A stretch of DNA of 64,000 nt from an uncultured Verrucomicrobiae bacterium (GCA_963806855.1 CAWDYW010000001.1:256001-320000), one strand, 5' to 3'; positions 31,742 to 42,024 are shown, numbered from the stretch's first letter. Notes: generated by a model not told the origin, from the sequence alone. Made by a program: numbers and translations.

Positions 31742-32734
31742 ATGAAAATAGCCTATCTCGGATCAGGAACTTGGGGATTTACTTTAGCTGCTCTTTTAGC
31801 AGACAACGGCCATCATGTATGGCTCTGGTCTTCCAAGCCTGAATTTGTCGAATTGTTGAAAAAGACCAGGCAGCATCCCAAGCTCCCCAAATGCACAGTC
31901 AGCGATCGACTCTATTTCACAGCCGATATGAGAGAGGCGCTCGATGAGGCCGATTATGTGATCGAGTCGGTCACTTCGACCGGTTTTCGCCCAGTTCTGG
32001 AAAAAATTGTCTCGCTCGGCGGGATCGATTGCCCCTTTATCATCACGTCGAAGGGGATCGAGCAGAATACGGGACTTCTCCTTCCTGAAGTGGCTCTTGA
32101 AGTGCTCGGAAATCAGACCCGCGTCGGGTGCTTAAGCGGCCCGAGCCATGCTGAAGAGGTGATCAAAAAGCTCCCCACATCGGTCGTCTCCTCCTCCTAT
32201 GACAAAGAGCTGATGCTTGAAATCCGCGACCTCTTCACATCGCTCTATTTCCGGGTCTATCCCAATGCCGACATCAACGGTGTTTCCTTTGGGGGAGCGG
32301 TGAAAAATATCATCGCGATTGCCTGCGGGATTGCCGACGGCTTAGGATTTGGCGACAACACGAAAGCGGCGCTGATGACCCGGGGATTGCATGAGATTCG
32401 CAAGTTGTCTGTCGCCAAAGGGTGCCTGCCCGAGACGCTCAATGGTTTAGCGGGGATGGGCGATCTGTGTGTCACCTGCCTCTCCACACTGTCGCGCAAT
32501 TACATGTTTGGCCGCCACCTCGCCGCTGGCATGACTCCACAAGAGGCCAAAGATAAAATCGGGATGGTCGTCGAAGGGATTTACACCAGCGTTTCGGCAC
32601 TGCAGCTCGGCAAAAAATTTCACATTCAAGTTCCCATCACCCAAGCGATTTATTCGATCATTTACGAAGATCTCAGCCCCTTCGATGCAGTGAAGTCTCT
32701 TTTGCAGCGGGCGATCAAGGAAGAACACCTCTAA
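31742..32734 (+). CDS. gpsA: NAD(P)H-dependent glycerol-3-phosphate dehydrogenase
   Basis: GSGTWG, SKGIE, LSGPSHAEEV, GGAVKNIIAIACG, GLAGMGDL..TC, SRN, VVEG. Confidence 0.96.
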   Translation: MKIAYLGSGTWGFTLAALLADNGHHVWLWSSKPEFVELLKKTRQHPKLPKCTVSDRLYFTADMREALDEADYVIESVTSTGFRPVLEKIVSLGGIDCPFIITSKGIEQNTGLLLPEVALEVLGNQTRVGCLSGPSHAEEVIKKLPTSVVSSSYDKELMLEIRDLFTSLYFRVYPNADINGVSFGGAVKNIIAIACGIADGLGFGDNTKAALMTRGLHEIRKLSVAKGCLPETLNGLAGMGDLCVTCLSTLSRNYMFGRHLAAGMTPQEAKDKIGMVVEGIYTSVSALQLGKKFHIQVPITQAIYSIIYEDLSPFDAVKSLLQRAIKEEHL

Positions 32735-34203
32735 TGGACGGACGGATTGTCATCACTGCCGACGAGATGAAGCGGATCGAAAAGATGGCGATCGACGCCG
32801 GCGAAGATGAGCAGCGGTTCATGGAGAATGCCGGTGCGGGGATCGCTCGGATAGTTGAAGCCTTTTCACCTGAAGAAGTCATCCTCTTAATCGGCAAAGG
32901 CAATAAGGGCGGCGACGCCTTTACCGCCGGTGCGATCTTGCTTAAGAAAGGTTTCGCAGTGAAGGCCTATCATCTTTATCCCCTTGAGGAGTGTTCCCCT
33001 TTATGTCAAAAAATGGGCAGCCTTTTCAAAGGGCCGATCATCCCCTTTACCCGAGAGACAACCTTTGAAAAAGGGGTGATACTCGATGGGATACTTGGGA
33101 CTGGTTTTCATGGAGCGGCCAGCGGCATCGTCGCCGAGGCAATTGAAAAAGCCAATAGCAGCGGCCTTGAGATTTTTGCGATCGATGTCCCCTCAGGACT
33201 CAACGGATCGACAGGAGAGGTGGGGACGCTTGCCATTCAAGCACACACCACCATATCGCTCGGCCTACCCAAGCTCGGATTTTTTATCGGCAAAGGGTGG
33301 AATCACATCGGCAATTTGGTTTACGTCGATTTTGGCCTGCCCCAAAGCGCAATCGATCAAGCCAATATCTCGGCCCATCTGATCTCTGAAGTCAAAGCGG
33401 CGGCAGCTCTTCCAAAAATGGAGCGGGATCGGCACAAATATCAAGCAGGCTATATCTTGGCAGTCGCCGGCTCTTCCGGCATGCCGGGTGCTGCGCTGAT
33501 GTGCTGCCAAGCTGCCCTCAAATCGGGCGCGGGGATCGTCCGTCTTTTCTATCCAAAACAGATGAAAGATGAACTTGTCTCTGCGCCCTATGAATTGATC
33601 AGGGAAGAGTGGGATCTGGTCGATGACCATCGGCTGATCGAAGAGGCAAAAAGGGCCAAAGCGCTCATGATCGGCCCAGGTGTTGGCCGAACCGAATCTG
33701 CCGAAAAAGCGGTGACAAAGATCCTGCAGACCACCCATTTGCCTTGCGTCATCGATGCCGACGCCCTCTTTTTCATTTCCAAAAACAAAACGATGAAACT
33801 CCCAGAGAAGAGCATTCTGACTCCCCACCACCAAGAGATGGAGCGGATCCTCGGCTCACCTCCCACATTTGCCAAGTGCCAAGCCTTTGTCGAAGAAAAA
33901 CAGGTGACCCTGCTGCTGAAAGGAGGACCTACAGTGATTTTCCATCCCGCCACTACCCCCCTCATCATCCCCCATGGAGATCCAGGCATGGCCAAAGCTG
34001 GCACCGGCGACGTCCTCACCGGGATCATCGCTGCCTTTGTCGCTCAAGGGCTTGCGATGCGCGATGCAGCCGCTTTAGGGGCCCTGCTGCATGCTCTAGC
34101 TGGGGAGATCGCCGCAGAGGAAGAGACCTCCTATTGCGTGGTGGCGACCGATCTCATTCTCTATTTGTCGGATGCCATCCAACAATTAAAATTAAACCTT
34201 TAA
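32734..34203 (+). CDS. nnr: Bifunctional NAD(P)H-hydrate epimerase/dehydratase
   Basis: MENAG, GKGNKGGD, DGILGTG, IDVPSG, IGPGVG, DADAL, TPHHQE, GTGDVLTG. Confidence 0.93.
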   Translation: MDGRIVITADEMKRIEKMAIDAGEDEQRFMENAGAGIARIVEAFSPEEVILLIGKGNKGGDAFTAGAILLKKGFAVKAYHLYPLEECSPLCQKMGSLFKGPIIPFTRETTFEKGVILDGILGTGFHGAASGIVAEAIEKANSSGLEIFAIDVPSGLNGSTGEVGTLAIQAHTTISLGLPKLGFFIGKGWNHIGNLVYVDFGLPQSAIDQANISAHLISEVKAAAALPKMERDRHKYQAGYILAVAGSSGMPGAALMCCQAALKSGAGIVRLFYPKQMKDELVSAPYELIREEWDLVDDHRLIEEAKRAKALMIGPGVGRTESAEKAVTKILQTTHLPCVIDADALFFISKNKTMKLPEKSILTPHHQEMERILGSPPTFAKCQAFVEEKQVTLLLKGGPTVIFHPATTPLIIPHGDPGMAKAGTGDVLTGIIAAFVAQGLAMRDAAALGALLHALAGEIAAEEETSYCVVATDLILYLSDAIQQLKLNL

Positions 34204-34215
34204 GGAGTTAGCCAA

Positions 34216-34329
34216 ATGAAGTGGATTCTTTTTTCTTGGGTCATCGCCGCGAGCCTCATGACCCCAATCAATAGCTGTGACGAGGAGGATTGTCCTCATG
34301 TCAAAAAATGGCAATACTATAGAAAATGA
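34216..34329 (+). CDS. Putative 37-aa secreted or lipid-anchored peptide
   Basis: AAGGAG 8 bp upstream of the ATG. MKWILFSWVIAASLMTPINSCDEEDCPHVKKWQYYRK. Below the ORF-track cutoff. Confidence 0.4.
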   Translation: MKWILFSWVIAASLMTPINSCDEEDCPHVKKWQYYRK

Positions 34330-34840
34330 CTAGCGATTCTTCCCCTGGGTTTTTAAAGCCTAGGCTCCCATTTGAAATATGATAGAACTGCACCCCTAAT
34401 CGGTGGCAATGACCAAATTCGGCGGCAAGTGCGATCGATGAGCGGAACTCCAGTGGTAGACCGAGCTCCTTCCCTCCATTTTTGAGGTAGATGCCCGGAG
34501 CAAAACTGGGGGTCAAGACAAAATACTTTCCTAAGTAAATGTCATAGCATCCGCCGAAACAGAAATAGAGCGATCCCTTTTCGGTGAGCATCGCCCCCGC
34601 GATCGGCTGCACTCCATGCCAGCTGGCATCCCATTTGTATTCGGCCTGAAATTGGAGCATCCGCTGATGAGGCCGAAGGGTATCAAAAGTGCCAACTCCA
34701 AGCGAAAGAAGCCCAGGATAAAGAAGAGTGGGGGAGAAGAATAAAACGCAAAGACGCAAAGGCGCAAAGACGCAGGAAAAAAAATACCTTTTTTGCGTCT
34801 TTGCGCCTTTGCGTCTTTGCGTTGAATCGTCTCCTCTCAT
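34301..34840 (-). CDS. Outer-membrane beta-barrel, PagL/acyloxyacyl-hydrolase (lipid A 3-O-deacylase) family
   Basis: TPSFAPG.Y..G.GK.LG..LEFRS, catalytic-type HISNG, NPGEES, C-terminal Phe. ATG at 34840 lies just downstream of the licD stop. Confidence 0.8.
   Translation of the reverse strand: MRGDDSTQRRKGAKTQKRYFFSCVFAPLRLCVLFFSPTLLYPGLLSLGVGTFDTLRPHQRMLQFQAEYKWDASWHGVQPIAGAMLTEKGSLYFCFGGCYDIYLGKYFVLTPSFAPGIYLKNGGKELGLPLEFRSSIALAAEFGHCHRLGVQFYHISNGSLGFKNPGEESLVIFYSIAIF
34745..34826. repeat. CGCAAAGA palindromic element, copy 2, inside the 5' coding region of the PagL-like gene
   Basis: aacgcaaagacgcaaaggcgcaaagacgcaggaaaa...tgcgtctttgcgcctttgcgtctttgcgttgaa, close to the reverse complement of copy 1. 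Confidence 0.85.
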
Positions 34841-34847
34841 CAAACTT

Positions 34848-35981
34848 CTAATGCGCACAAGGAAGCTGCCAATAGGGGTGAGTGGGATCTTTTTCATAAT
34901 TGCCTGTCACTTCATTGTAGATGCGGGCGGGGGCCAGATTTTCTCCATAAAACACCTGCAGATATTTTTCAGTATCACCCGGCACAGGCACTTCGATTCC
35001 CTCGTACATGGCCCGCTTTAACGGGAAGACATTGGTATAGGGCATCGGGGTGTTGTACCGTTTTTCTCTGATTTTCCAAGATCGTGGGGCAAATATATTA
35101 AACTCATTTGAAAAGAGGGTGTGAATCTGTTTTTTTTCAGGATCGATTGCAAAATGATACAGATCGATCATCCCGCCCGATTCTCTGATGAAGACTTTTA
35201 GATAGGATTCAGGCCGCGCCCTTCCCGACCAATCTTGCACGACATATTTTTCGGGATCGAGCTGATGGAGCGCATTTTTCACATTCTGGAAATCGGGAAG
35301 CAAGACAGCGATGTCAATATCCCAATCATTTGGAATCGAGCCTCCATACTGATAGCAGCCCAAACAGGAGCCGCAATCAAGCCAGAAAGGGATCTGATGC
35401 TGACTCAATAGAGAGATGATCGCTTTAAGGGCTTCAATATCGGCCTCTAATAGGTTTTTAACCGGTCTCCGCTTCCATTTTGGAGGGGCAATAGGGGCGG
35501 CCTTGAGGTAGTCATTCACTTGCAAACCGACCGAGTGGTAGTACTTCAAGTTGGAGTGCACCTGTGTCGAGTTGGCCGCGGCGCAGATTTTTTTTGCTCG
35601 GTCACGTGTTTCGGAGGAAATGTAGGAGAGGGCTTTGAGCGGCCCGCCGAGGGCAACGCTGACCGGCAGGCACGTCGTGGCGATCGCCGTTTTGAGGTAG
35701 AAATGGTGCTGGTAGTCAAAATGCCGCTCGAGCTGATAGACCACATCACCTCGCGCATCGATGATCGGAATAGCCCTTTTCCCCTCGAAAAAATATTGCA
35801 TCGGGGCCAGGGCGATGTTGGCAATGCGTTCCAACCCATGCGCATCTTCAGCAGCGGTGTTGAAAAAGACGCTGCTAATCAGAAGATGGTAGAAGTAGAC
35901 AAGGGGCATCCCCAATTTAAAGATGATCCAGGAGTTTCTCTCTAAAATCGCAGTCAGCATCAATAACGACCTTGCAGCCAT
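34848..35981 (-). CDS. LicD family nucleotidyltransferase/phosphotransferase
   Basis: FWLDCGSCLG..Y.G.IPNDWDIDIAV, IDLY, VFPLKR..YEG..VPVP....YL...YG. Confidence 0.85.
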   Translation of the reverse strand: MAARSLLMLTAILERNSWIIFKLGMPLVYFYHLLISSVFFNTAAEDAHGLERIANIALAPMQYFFEGKRAIPIIDARGDVVYQLERHFDYQHHFYLKTAIATTCLPVSVALGGPLKALSYISSETRDRAKKICAAANSTQVHSNLKYYHSVGLQVNDYLKAAPIAPPKWKRRPVKNLLEADIEALKAIISLLSQHQIPFWLDCGSCLGCYQYGGSIPNDWDIDIAVLLPDFQNVKNALHQLDPEKYVVQDWSGRARPESYLKVFIRESGGMIDLYHFAIDPEKKQIHTLFSNEFNIFAPRSWKIREKRYNTPMPYTNVFPLKRAMYEGIEVPVPGDTEKYLQVFYGENLAPARIYNEVTGNYEKDPTHPYWQLPCAH

Positions 35982-36910
35982 GTTAAAAAGTGTTTCATCC
36001 CCGTTTCCAAAGAGGTTTTGGGTTGGAAATGGAGCCTTTTTTGCGCCTTGGTAATATCAGCAAACGTGATCGGGATCTCTCCAGGGGGCATCGGCAACAT
36101 TTCGATCACCGCCTTTTTCTTGAGGTGCTCTTCGATCAGCTGCACCAATTTCAGCACCTCTTCAGGATGATTGTTGCCCAAATTGAAGATTTCAAAATCG
36201 GCCTCCAGATCGATCGCCGCAACGATTCCGTCGACAATGTCGTCGATATAGGTGAAATCGCGCTCCATTTTCCCATGATTAAACAGCTTGATCGGCTCAC
36301 CGCGCATCATAGCCTTTGCAAAACTGAAATAGGCCATGTCGGGCCTGCCAAAAGGGCCATACACCGTAAAAAAACGGAGCGCCGTCGCCCGAATTCCATA
36401 GACGTTGTGATAGGCAAAAGCCATCAATTCATTGCATTTTTTTGTCGCCCCATAAAAATTGGCAGGCATCTCTGTCGGATCAGATTCAGAAAAGGGAATT
36501 TTTTTATTCAACCCATAGACCGATGAGGATGAGGCGAAGGTCAATTTGATCTGCGGATTATGCCGCAAACACTCGAGCACATGGAAAAACCCATCCACAT
36601 TGCTTTCCTGATATTTTTCTGGATGAGTGATGCAATAACGACACCCTGCCTGAGCGGCGAGATGGACCAAATGGGTGATCTGGTGCTTCTCCAGCAGCGG
36701 TGCCAACTTGCTCACATCGCACGGGATGACCTCAATCTTTTGCTCGGCCAAAATATCGGCCCGCTCTTTCTTTAGAAGAGGATCGTAATAGGAATTGAAA
36801 TTATCGCAGCCGATCACCACATCGCCGCGTCGATGCAATTTTTGAGCGAGATGAAACCCGATGAAGCCGGCTATCCCTGTAATAAAGATCCGTTTGCGCG
36901 AATTATCCAT
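35960..36910 (-). CDS. NAD-dependent epimerase (UDP-glucuronate 4-epimerase-like)
   Basis: TGIAGFIG, HLAAQAG.RY, ASSSSVYG, YGATKK, RFFTVYGPFGRPDMA, RDFTYIDD. Confidence 0.92.
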   Translation of the reverse strand: MDNSRKRIFITGIAGFIGFHLAQKLHRRGDVVIGCDNFNSYYDPLLKKERADILAEQKIEVIPCDVSKLAPLLEKHQITHLVHLAAQAGCRYCITHPEKYQESNVDGFFHVLECLRHNPQIKLTFASSSSVYGLNKKIPFSESDPTEMPANFYGATKKCNELMAFAYHNVYGIRATALRFFTVYGPFGRPDMAYFSFAKAMMRGEPIKLFNHGKMERDFTYIDDIVDGIVAAIDLEADFEIFNLGNNHPEEVLKLVQLIEEHLKKKAVIEMLPMPPGEIPITFADITKAQKRLHFQPKTSLETGMKHFLTWLQGRY

Positions 36911-36928
36911 CGCCTATAGTATAAGGTT

Positions 36929-37975
36929 ATGCGATTTTTGATACTCCTCCTTTTTTTAGCAGTGGCCTGCACAAATCCTCCCTATCGGGGCGCCGGTGTA
37001 TGCGGAGCAGACGATTTTGTGATCGACTCCTACCAAGTGCGCGAGGGCAAATTTGCGATCCTCGGCATGGATGGACAGTGCTACGATTGCCTCGACTCCA
37101 CATTCCTAGAGCCCTACGAGGATGTGATTCAAGAGGGAGATCTGCTGAAAGTGGCCATCTATCATCCCACTCGCAGCGACATCGGCAGCCACGTTGGCGC
37201 TATCGGACAGACAATCGGCTATCGAGTCGCCTGCGGACAGCTGCAACTTCCCGATTTAGCCCCAATCGACATCGTCGGACTGACCCTGTGCGAAGCAAAA
37301 GAAAAAATTGAATCGATCTACCGCTCCGAAATTCAAGACATCGAAGTCTATCTCACCTACCAAGAGCGGTCGATGCGCAAAGTGGAGCTCATGGGCCTCG
37401 TCGAAAAATCGGTCGTCCCAGTCGACGGACAGATCCGACTCTTCGAAGTGCTCGCCTTGGCCAGAGTGCCGGCCAATGCCAACCTCTTCAAAAGCTACGT
37501 CGTCCGCAACTGCGAGATGCTCCCCGTCGACCTCTACTGCCTCATCAAAGAGGGTGACATGTCGCAGAATATCGTCATGCGCGGCGGCGACAAAATCTAC
37601 ATCGCAGACCCCTCAGCCTCCACCCTGATGGTCCTCGGCGAAGTGAACAATCAACGAGTCGTCGAACTGCCCAATGGCTTCATGACACTTCGTCAAGCCC
37701 TCGCCGAAGCGGGCGGCATCACCCTCTCCGGAGACAAACGGTACATCCAAGTCATTCGAGGCAACATCGTCAACCCGAAAATCTACACCATCCATTGGGA
37801 ACATGTCGTCCGCCTCCCGAGCGAATCGCTCCTCCTCATCCCCGGCGATATCGTCTACGTCGCCGCCACCCCCATCGCCGAGTGGGACCGCTTCGTCAAT
37901 CAGATCCTCCCCACCCTTATCGGCTTCGAACTCGCCACCAAAGGGGCCAAAAACGTCGGAGTCATCGTCCCGTGA
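36929..37975 (+). CDS. Polysaccharide export outer-membrane lipoprotein (Wza-like)
   Basis: Lipobox LAVAC, Poly_export GDLL..G.L.LP..GLTL.EA, SLBB VLGEV, PGDIVYV, W.R...QILP. Confidence 0.88.
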   Translation: MRFLILLLFLAVACTNPPYRGAGVCGADDFVIDSYQVREGKFAILGMDGQCYDCLDSTFLEPYEDVIQEGDLLKVAIYHPTRSDIGSHVGAIGQTIGYRVACGQLQLPDLAPIDIVGLTLCEAKEKIESIYRSEIQDIEVYLTYQERSMRKVELMGLVEKSVVPVDGQIRLFEVLALARVPANANLFKSYVVRNCEMLPVDLYCLIKEGDMSQNIVMRGGDKIYIADPSASTLMVLGEVNNQRVVELPNGFMTLRQALAEAGGITLSGDKRYIQVIRGNIVNPKIYTIHWEHVVRLPSESLLLIPGDIVYVAATPIAEWDRFVNQILPTLIGFELATKGAKNVGVIVP

Positions 37976-40088
37976 AGTCTGAGCGCCCCATCTACCTCTC
38001 CGAGCTTTTCATTTTCTTTCGCAAGCAGCGCCCCCTCATCCTCAAAATTGCAGCCGCCTCCTTTCTCGCCACCTTCCTCCTCATCTACTTCATATCCACA
38101 CCCCAGTTCCGCGCCGATGCCACCTTCAGGCAAGCCCGCACGAGTAGCGAAGAGGCAGGCTCGCTCCAGACCCTACTCCTCAGCATCCGCCTCGCACCGG
38201 AAGAGACCTCCGCCATCTCCGTCATGCATTCGCGCCGAGTCCTCACCAAAGTGATCGAAAAATCCGCCCTCCAGATCGAATCCCCCAATACTGTCCAGTT
38301 CAAAAACGTCCACTACGATCGTGAGATCCCCCTGACCCTCATCCTCCACCCCACCACCGCCACCACCTTCGACATCCTCGATGAGCACAAAAACAAACTC
38401 GCCCGCGGCACCCTCAATAAACCCCTCCTGCTCGACTATTACCCACTTCACCGTCACCAACCTTCCTCCCAAAGCGACCCCCTTCCGCCTTATCCCTAAA
38501 CGACAAGTGATCAAAACCCTCGGAAAAAAACTCAAAATTAAAGCGACACGCCTCGACCCCAACATCCTCCAACTCACCTATCGCCATCCTCACAGAGAGA
38601 CCGCAATCGGCGTCCTCAACACCCTCATGGATGAATTCCAAAACCACCTCCAACAAGAGCATGAGCAACTGGCCCTCCAACAACTCGACTACCTGCAAAA
38701 GCGGAAAGATCAACTCGGCTCCGACTTCCACCAGGCCCTCGACCAGCACACCGCCTACCTCGAGCAAGAAATCAAAAACGACGGCTCGATCAACCTCGCA
38801 CACGACCTTGAGACCCTCAGCGAGCCAAAAGAGCAATATACCGCCAAAAAACACGAGCTCGATCTCGAACTCAAAAAATGGAAAGATCCGAAACTCACCG
38901 CCTCCCTCGACATCCCCCTCATCACCCCCGAATTCATCGGACTAAACATCGAGACCGCCGAGCGCCTCCACCAAAACTACGCCCAAGAACACCAGCAACA
39001 GATCACCCAAATCGCCTCGCTCGAGACCTTCAGCGACAAAATCTCCGCAGACAATTTTGAACTCAGCACCCTCTCCGCAAGTCCTCACCGACGACCTAAG
39101 CCAAAAAATCGTCCAAAGAGCCACCGAAATCGCCCTCCAACTCGCCGATCAAACCAACCACAGCGAAAGAGAGCTCATCCGCCTCTCCGCGGCCCTCGCC
39201 ACCCAAAAGAAGTTCCTGCAAGAGCACATCCTCAAGAAAATCGAGCTCCTCCAAATCCAGCGCGAGCTCACCGAACAGAAAATGAGCCACCTCAAGCAAA
39301 TCGCCCTCGAACTGATCCAAAAAGAAAAAAAACTGATCGAAGAAAAACTGACAGAGATCAGCTCCAAAATGGAGAGCCTACCCCAAAAATGGCGCCTCGA
39401 GAACGAACTCAAATTTAAAAAAGAACTCATGATGCAAATCATCGAAGGCGTGACCCAGCTCTCCGAGTCCAAAGTCGTCAACCATCACCTCTTCCACATC
39501 GCCTCCAAACCCCTAGACCCCGCCGACGCACCCCCAAGCCCCCAATCGACCCATCTCCTCCTCTACTCCACCATCTCCGGCCTACTCGGCGCCTTCTTCT
39601 TCACCATCGGCAGCTTCCTCCGAGCAGTCATCCGCGGCCTTCCCATCTCACCCGATTACCTGCGCGACCATCACATCCCCTTCGCCACCGACCTTCACCG
39701 CCTCCACTTCGAGCCCCACACCACCATCGCCCTCATCGGCCTCGGCAGCACCAAACCCCTCGCCAGCCACCTCGCCCAGACCGGCAAGCAGATCCTCCGC
39801 GTCGTCCATGGCCTCCAAGAGCAACTGCACCCCTGCGAAGATCATCACCTCGCCGTCGTCAAGCACCTCACCCCCGCCACACTCCATACCTGGAAACAAC
39901 AATACGACAACATCCTGCTCGAAATTGAAAACCTCGACGCAGCCGCCCACATCCAAGCCGATCGCCTCATCGTCAAACTCAATGAGACACAGCCCGAAGA
40001 ACTGGCGGCCCTTCGACAAAAAGAAACTACTCTGTATTTTTGGTTAGATGTGACGAGCCCTAGCAGGCCGCAAGAACACATGTCCTAA
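37972..40088 (+). CDS. Wzc/Wzz-like polysaccharide co-polymerase, two apparent frameshifts (~38440, ~39080)
   Basis: GTG start overlapping the wza stop. TM plus PQFRADAT and SRRVLTKVI, then LQLTYRHP...A..VLN, a long coiled coil, proline-rich LDPADAPPSP and a second TM, spread over three consecutive ORFs. Confidence 0.75.
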
Positions 40089-40093
40089 GCATG

Positions 40094-40793
40094 CTACAGC
40101 TCCGCCACGGCTCCGATCTGCTGCAATAAGTGTACATGAGAACGTAAAGCCTCAGCCCCGTCAATTTCATAAATGATTGCACCTGAAATCATCGTGAATC
40201 CAACAGCGGCCATCGCCCTTTTCGCCTGCATATTTAGATTACCCCTATCATCGACCCAAAAAGGGTGCTCGTGGGTCCAAGCAGATAATCGATCGTGTAA
40301 TCAGACCGCCCACAATCAAGCTGCCTATTCCTCCCAATACCATCGCAAATGCCCGTGCAACCTGATGGACAGCCGCCGGCATATAGGCGAAGTTATCTAG
40401 CGCATGGGGAATATACGAAAGTGCAGTGCCGATGACAGAAATGGCGAAAATATCTTTTGACGCCCTCAGCCCAAAAGCAAAGGAGCCTGCCAATCCAACC
40501 GCACAAGCAAACAACTTATGGACAGGGACATAGTGATGAACAACATGCGTGATAGTGGAAAAAGTGAGAGCAGCGGCGAGATTCTCTCTTGGGCTATGCC
40601 TTAAAGGCCAGACCACAGCCATGATACTGCCCGCGATCGCATTGATTACAGTCGAGTTCGAAGATTGGGAGACCGTTCCGCCAATGAGAGCGCCAGAAGC
40701 GCATTGCATGCCTTTTCCCAGCCCAGTGGTCGGCAACGTAAGATCTGATATAGTCCCAAGAATTTTCATAATGAAGTATTCATTATAAACCAT
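40094..40793 (-). CDS. Hydrophobic hypothetical membrane protein, probable frameshift near 40260
   Basis: ORF 40248-40793 is multi-TM. Removing one T of the T5 run extends it with WVDDRGNLNMQAKRAMAAVGFTMISGAIIY... to a TAG at 40094. Confidence 0.5.
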
Positions 40794-40851
40794 ATTCTAA
40801 AAGAAATCAAGGCTTCTAAATACCTCAATATCAGTATACTCAATATTTTAA

Positions 40852-41951
40852 TTACCCAGCCATTTTCCCTATCCAAGGCCCAATCAATGGAATACACTCC
40901 CACCACCCTCTTCGAGGCATCTGATCAGCCAAAATCTCCATCAATAATTCATCAGGGACATCATTATGAGTTGCATCAGTTACAACATAGAAAGTTTTAT
41001 TTTCCACAATCCCCGCATCCCGAAGTCCATTCAATAATGACAGATCCCCGATGACCTCATCCTTTTCCGCTTGAATCACCACTTCAGGGATCCCCAACTC
41101 CCCCAGTTTACGAGATGCGGCCACATTGTCCATCTCATAATTTAACCAATCCGCATGACCGCCCCTCCCAATGCACCCATATATGATTTAGCCAAATGAG
41201 TTAGCCGATCAAAAGTCATATAGCGGATCACCCGATACTTCACATCCTTCTTAAAATCATGTTGCAATATCGCTTGACCAATAGCAGCCCCACCCAGCGA
41301 GAACCCAGTCAATACAATCTCCTTAGCTTTAATTGCCGACTCCAAGAAAGAAATGCCAATCTCCTGAGAATGCCCTATATTTTCAGGATTTGGCCATCCC
41401 TGACTTCTCCCCACATTCGGCAGATTAACTAACAGAACATTATGCCCAGTCCTAATATGAGGAACAATATTGTAGGGGAGAGCTTCTTCAATAGAGACCC
41501 CATTCCCATCAGCATGTAGCGCCCATTTCCCATTTAGAATATTCTTCTCAAGCCCGACAAGCATCCCGCTATAATTAATTCCATTCTTCTGCAATTTGAC
41601 CTGTCGCAGAACCAAGCCCAAATCGGCAAAATCCACTAAGAATTGTTTCCTCACCCTATCAATTTCCTTGATGGAGGTGAATTGTGCCGGCAGAATGCTA
41701 AGCGTGACGATTTTCTCGAGCAGATAGTTGTGAAACTCAAATAGGGCCCACGGAAAGAGAATGATTTTAAGCGCAACCATACTGCTCCAAGCCGCACTCT
41801 CAGCCCACGTTCTTTCCTCACTCACATTTACAACGAAATCAATTTCCGCAGGATCCACCACATCTAGCTTACTATTAAACTCATTCCAATTTCTTTCCCC
41901 ATCCCCATCTCCGAATAACTTCGAATAGATCGGAAGCGTCACAATACCCAT
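40852..41951 (-). pseudogene. CHLPS/CPn0927-like alpha/beta hydrolase, split by a frameshift near 41150 (paralog of 22910-24043)
   Basis: IILFPW, DGNG, NLPNVGRS, GFSLGG. Continuation WLNYEMDNVAASRKL...DEVIGD...HND in another frame. Confidence 0.7.
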
Positions 41952-42024
41952 TTACATCTCCTACAAGTCGCTAAAAATGAGCCCAAGATCATACAATCCC
42001 CCTGATAAAGGCTCAAGACATAGA

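Noticed and set aside
500..40081. Numerous antisense and alternate-frame ORFs in the track (e.g. 1468-2061, 17569-18237, 26544-27143, 33265-33834, 38414-38854)
   Set aside because: They shadow well-supported genes, lack motifs and RBS, and are explained by codon bias.
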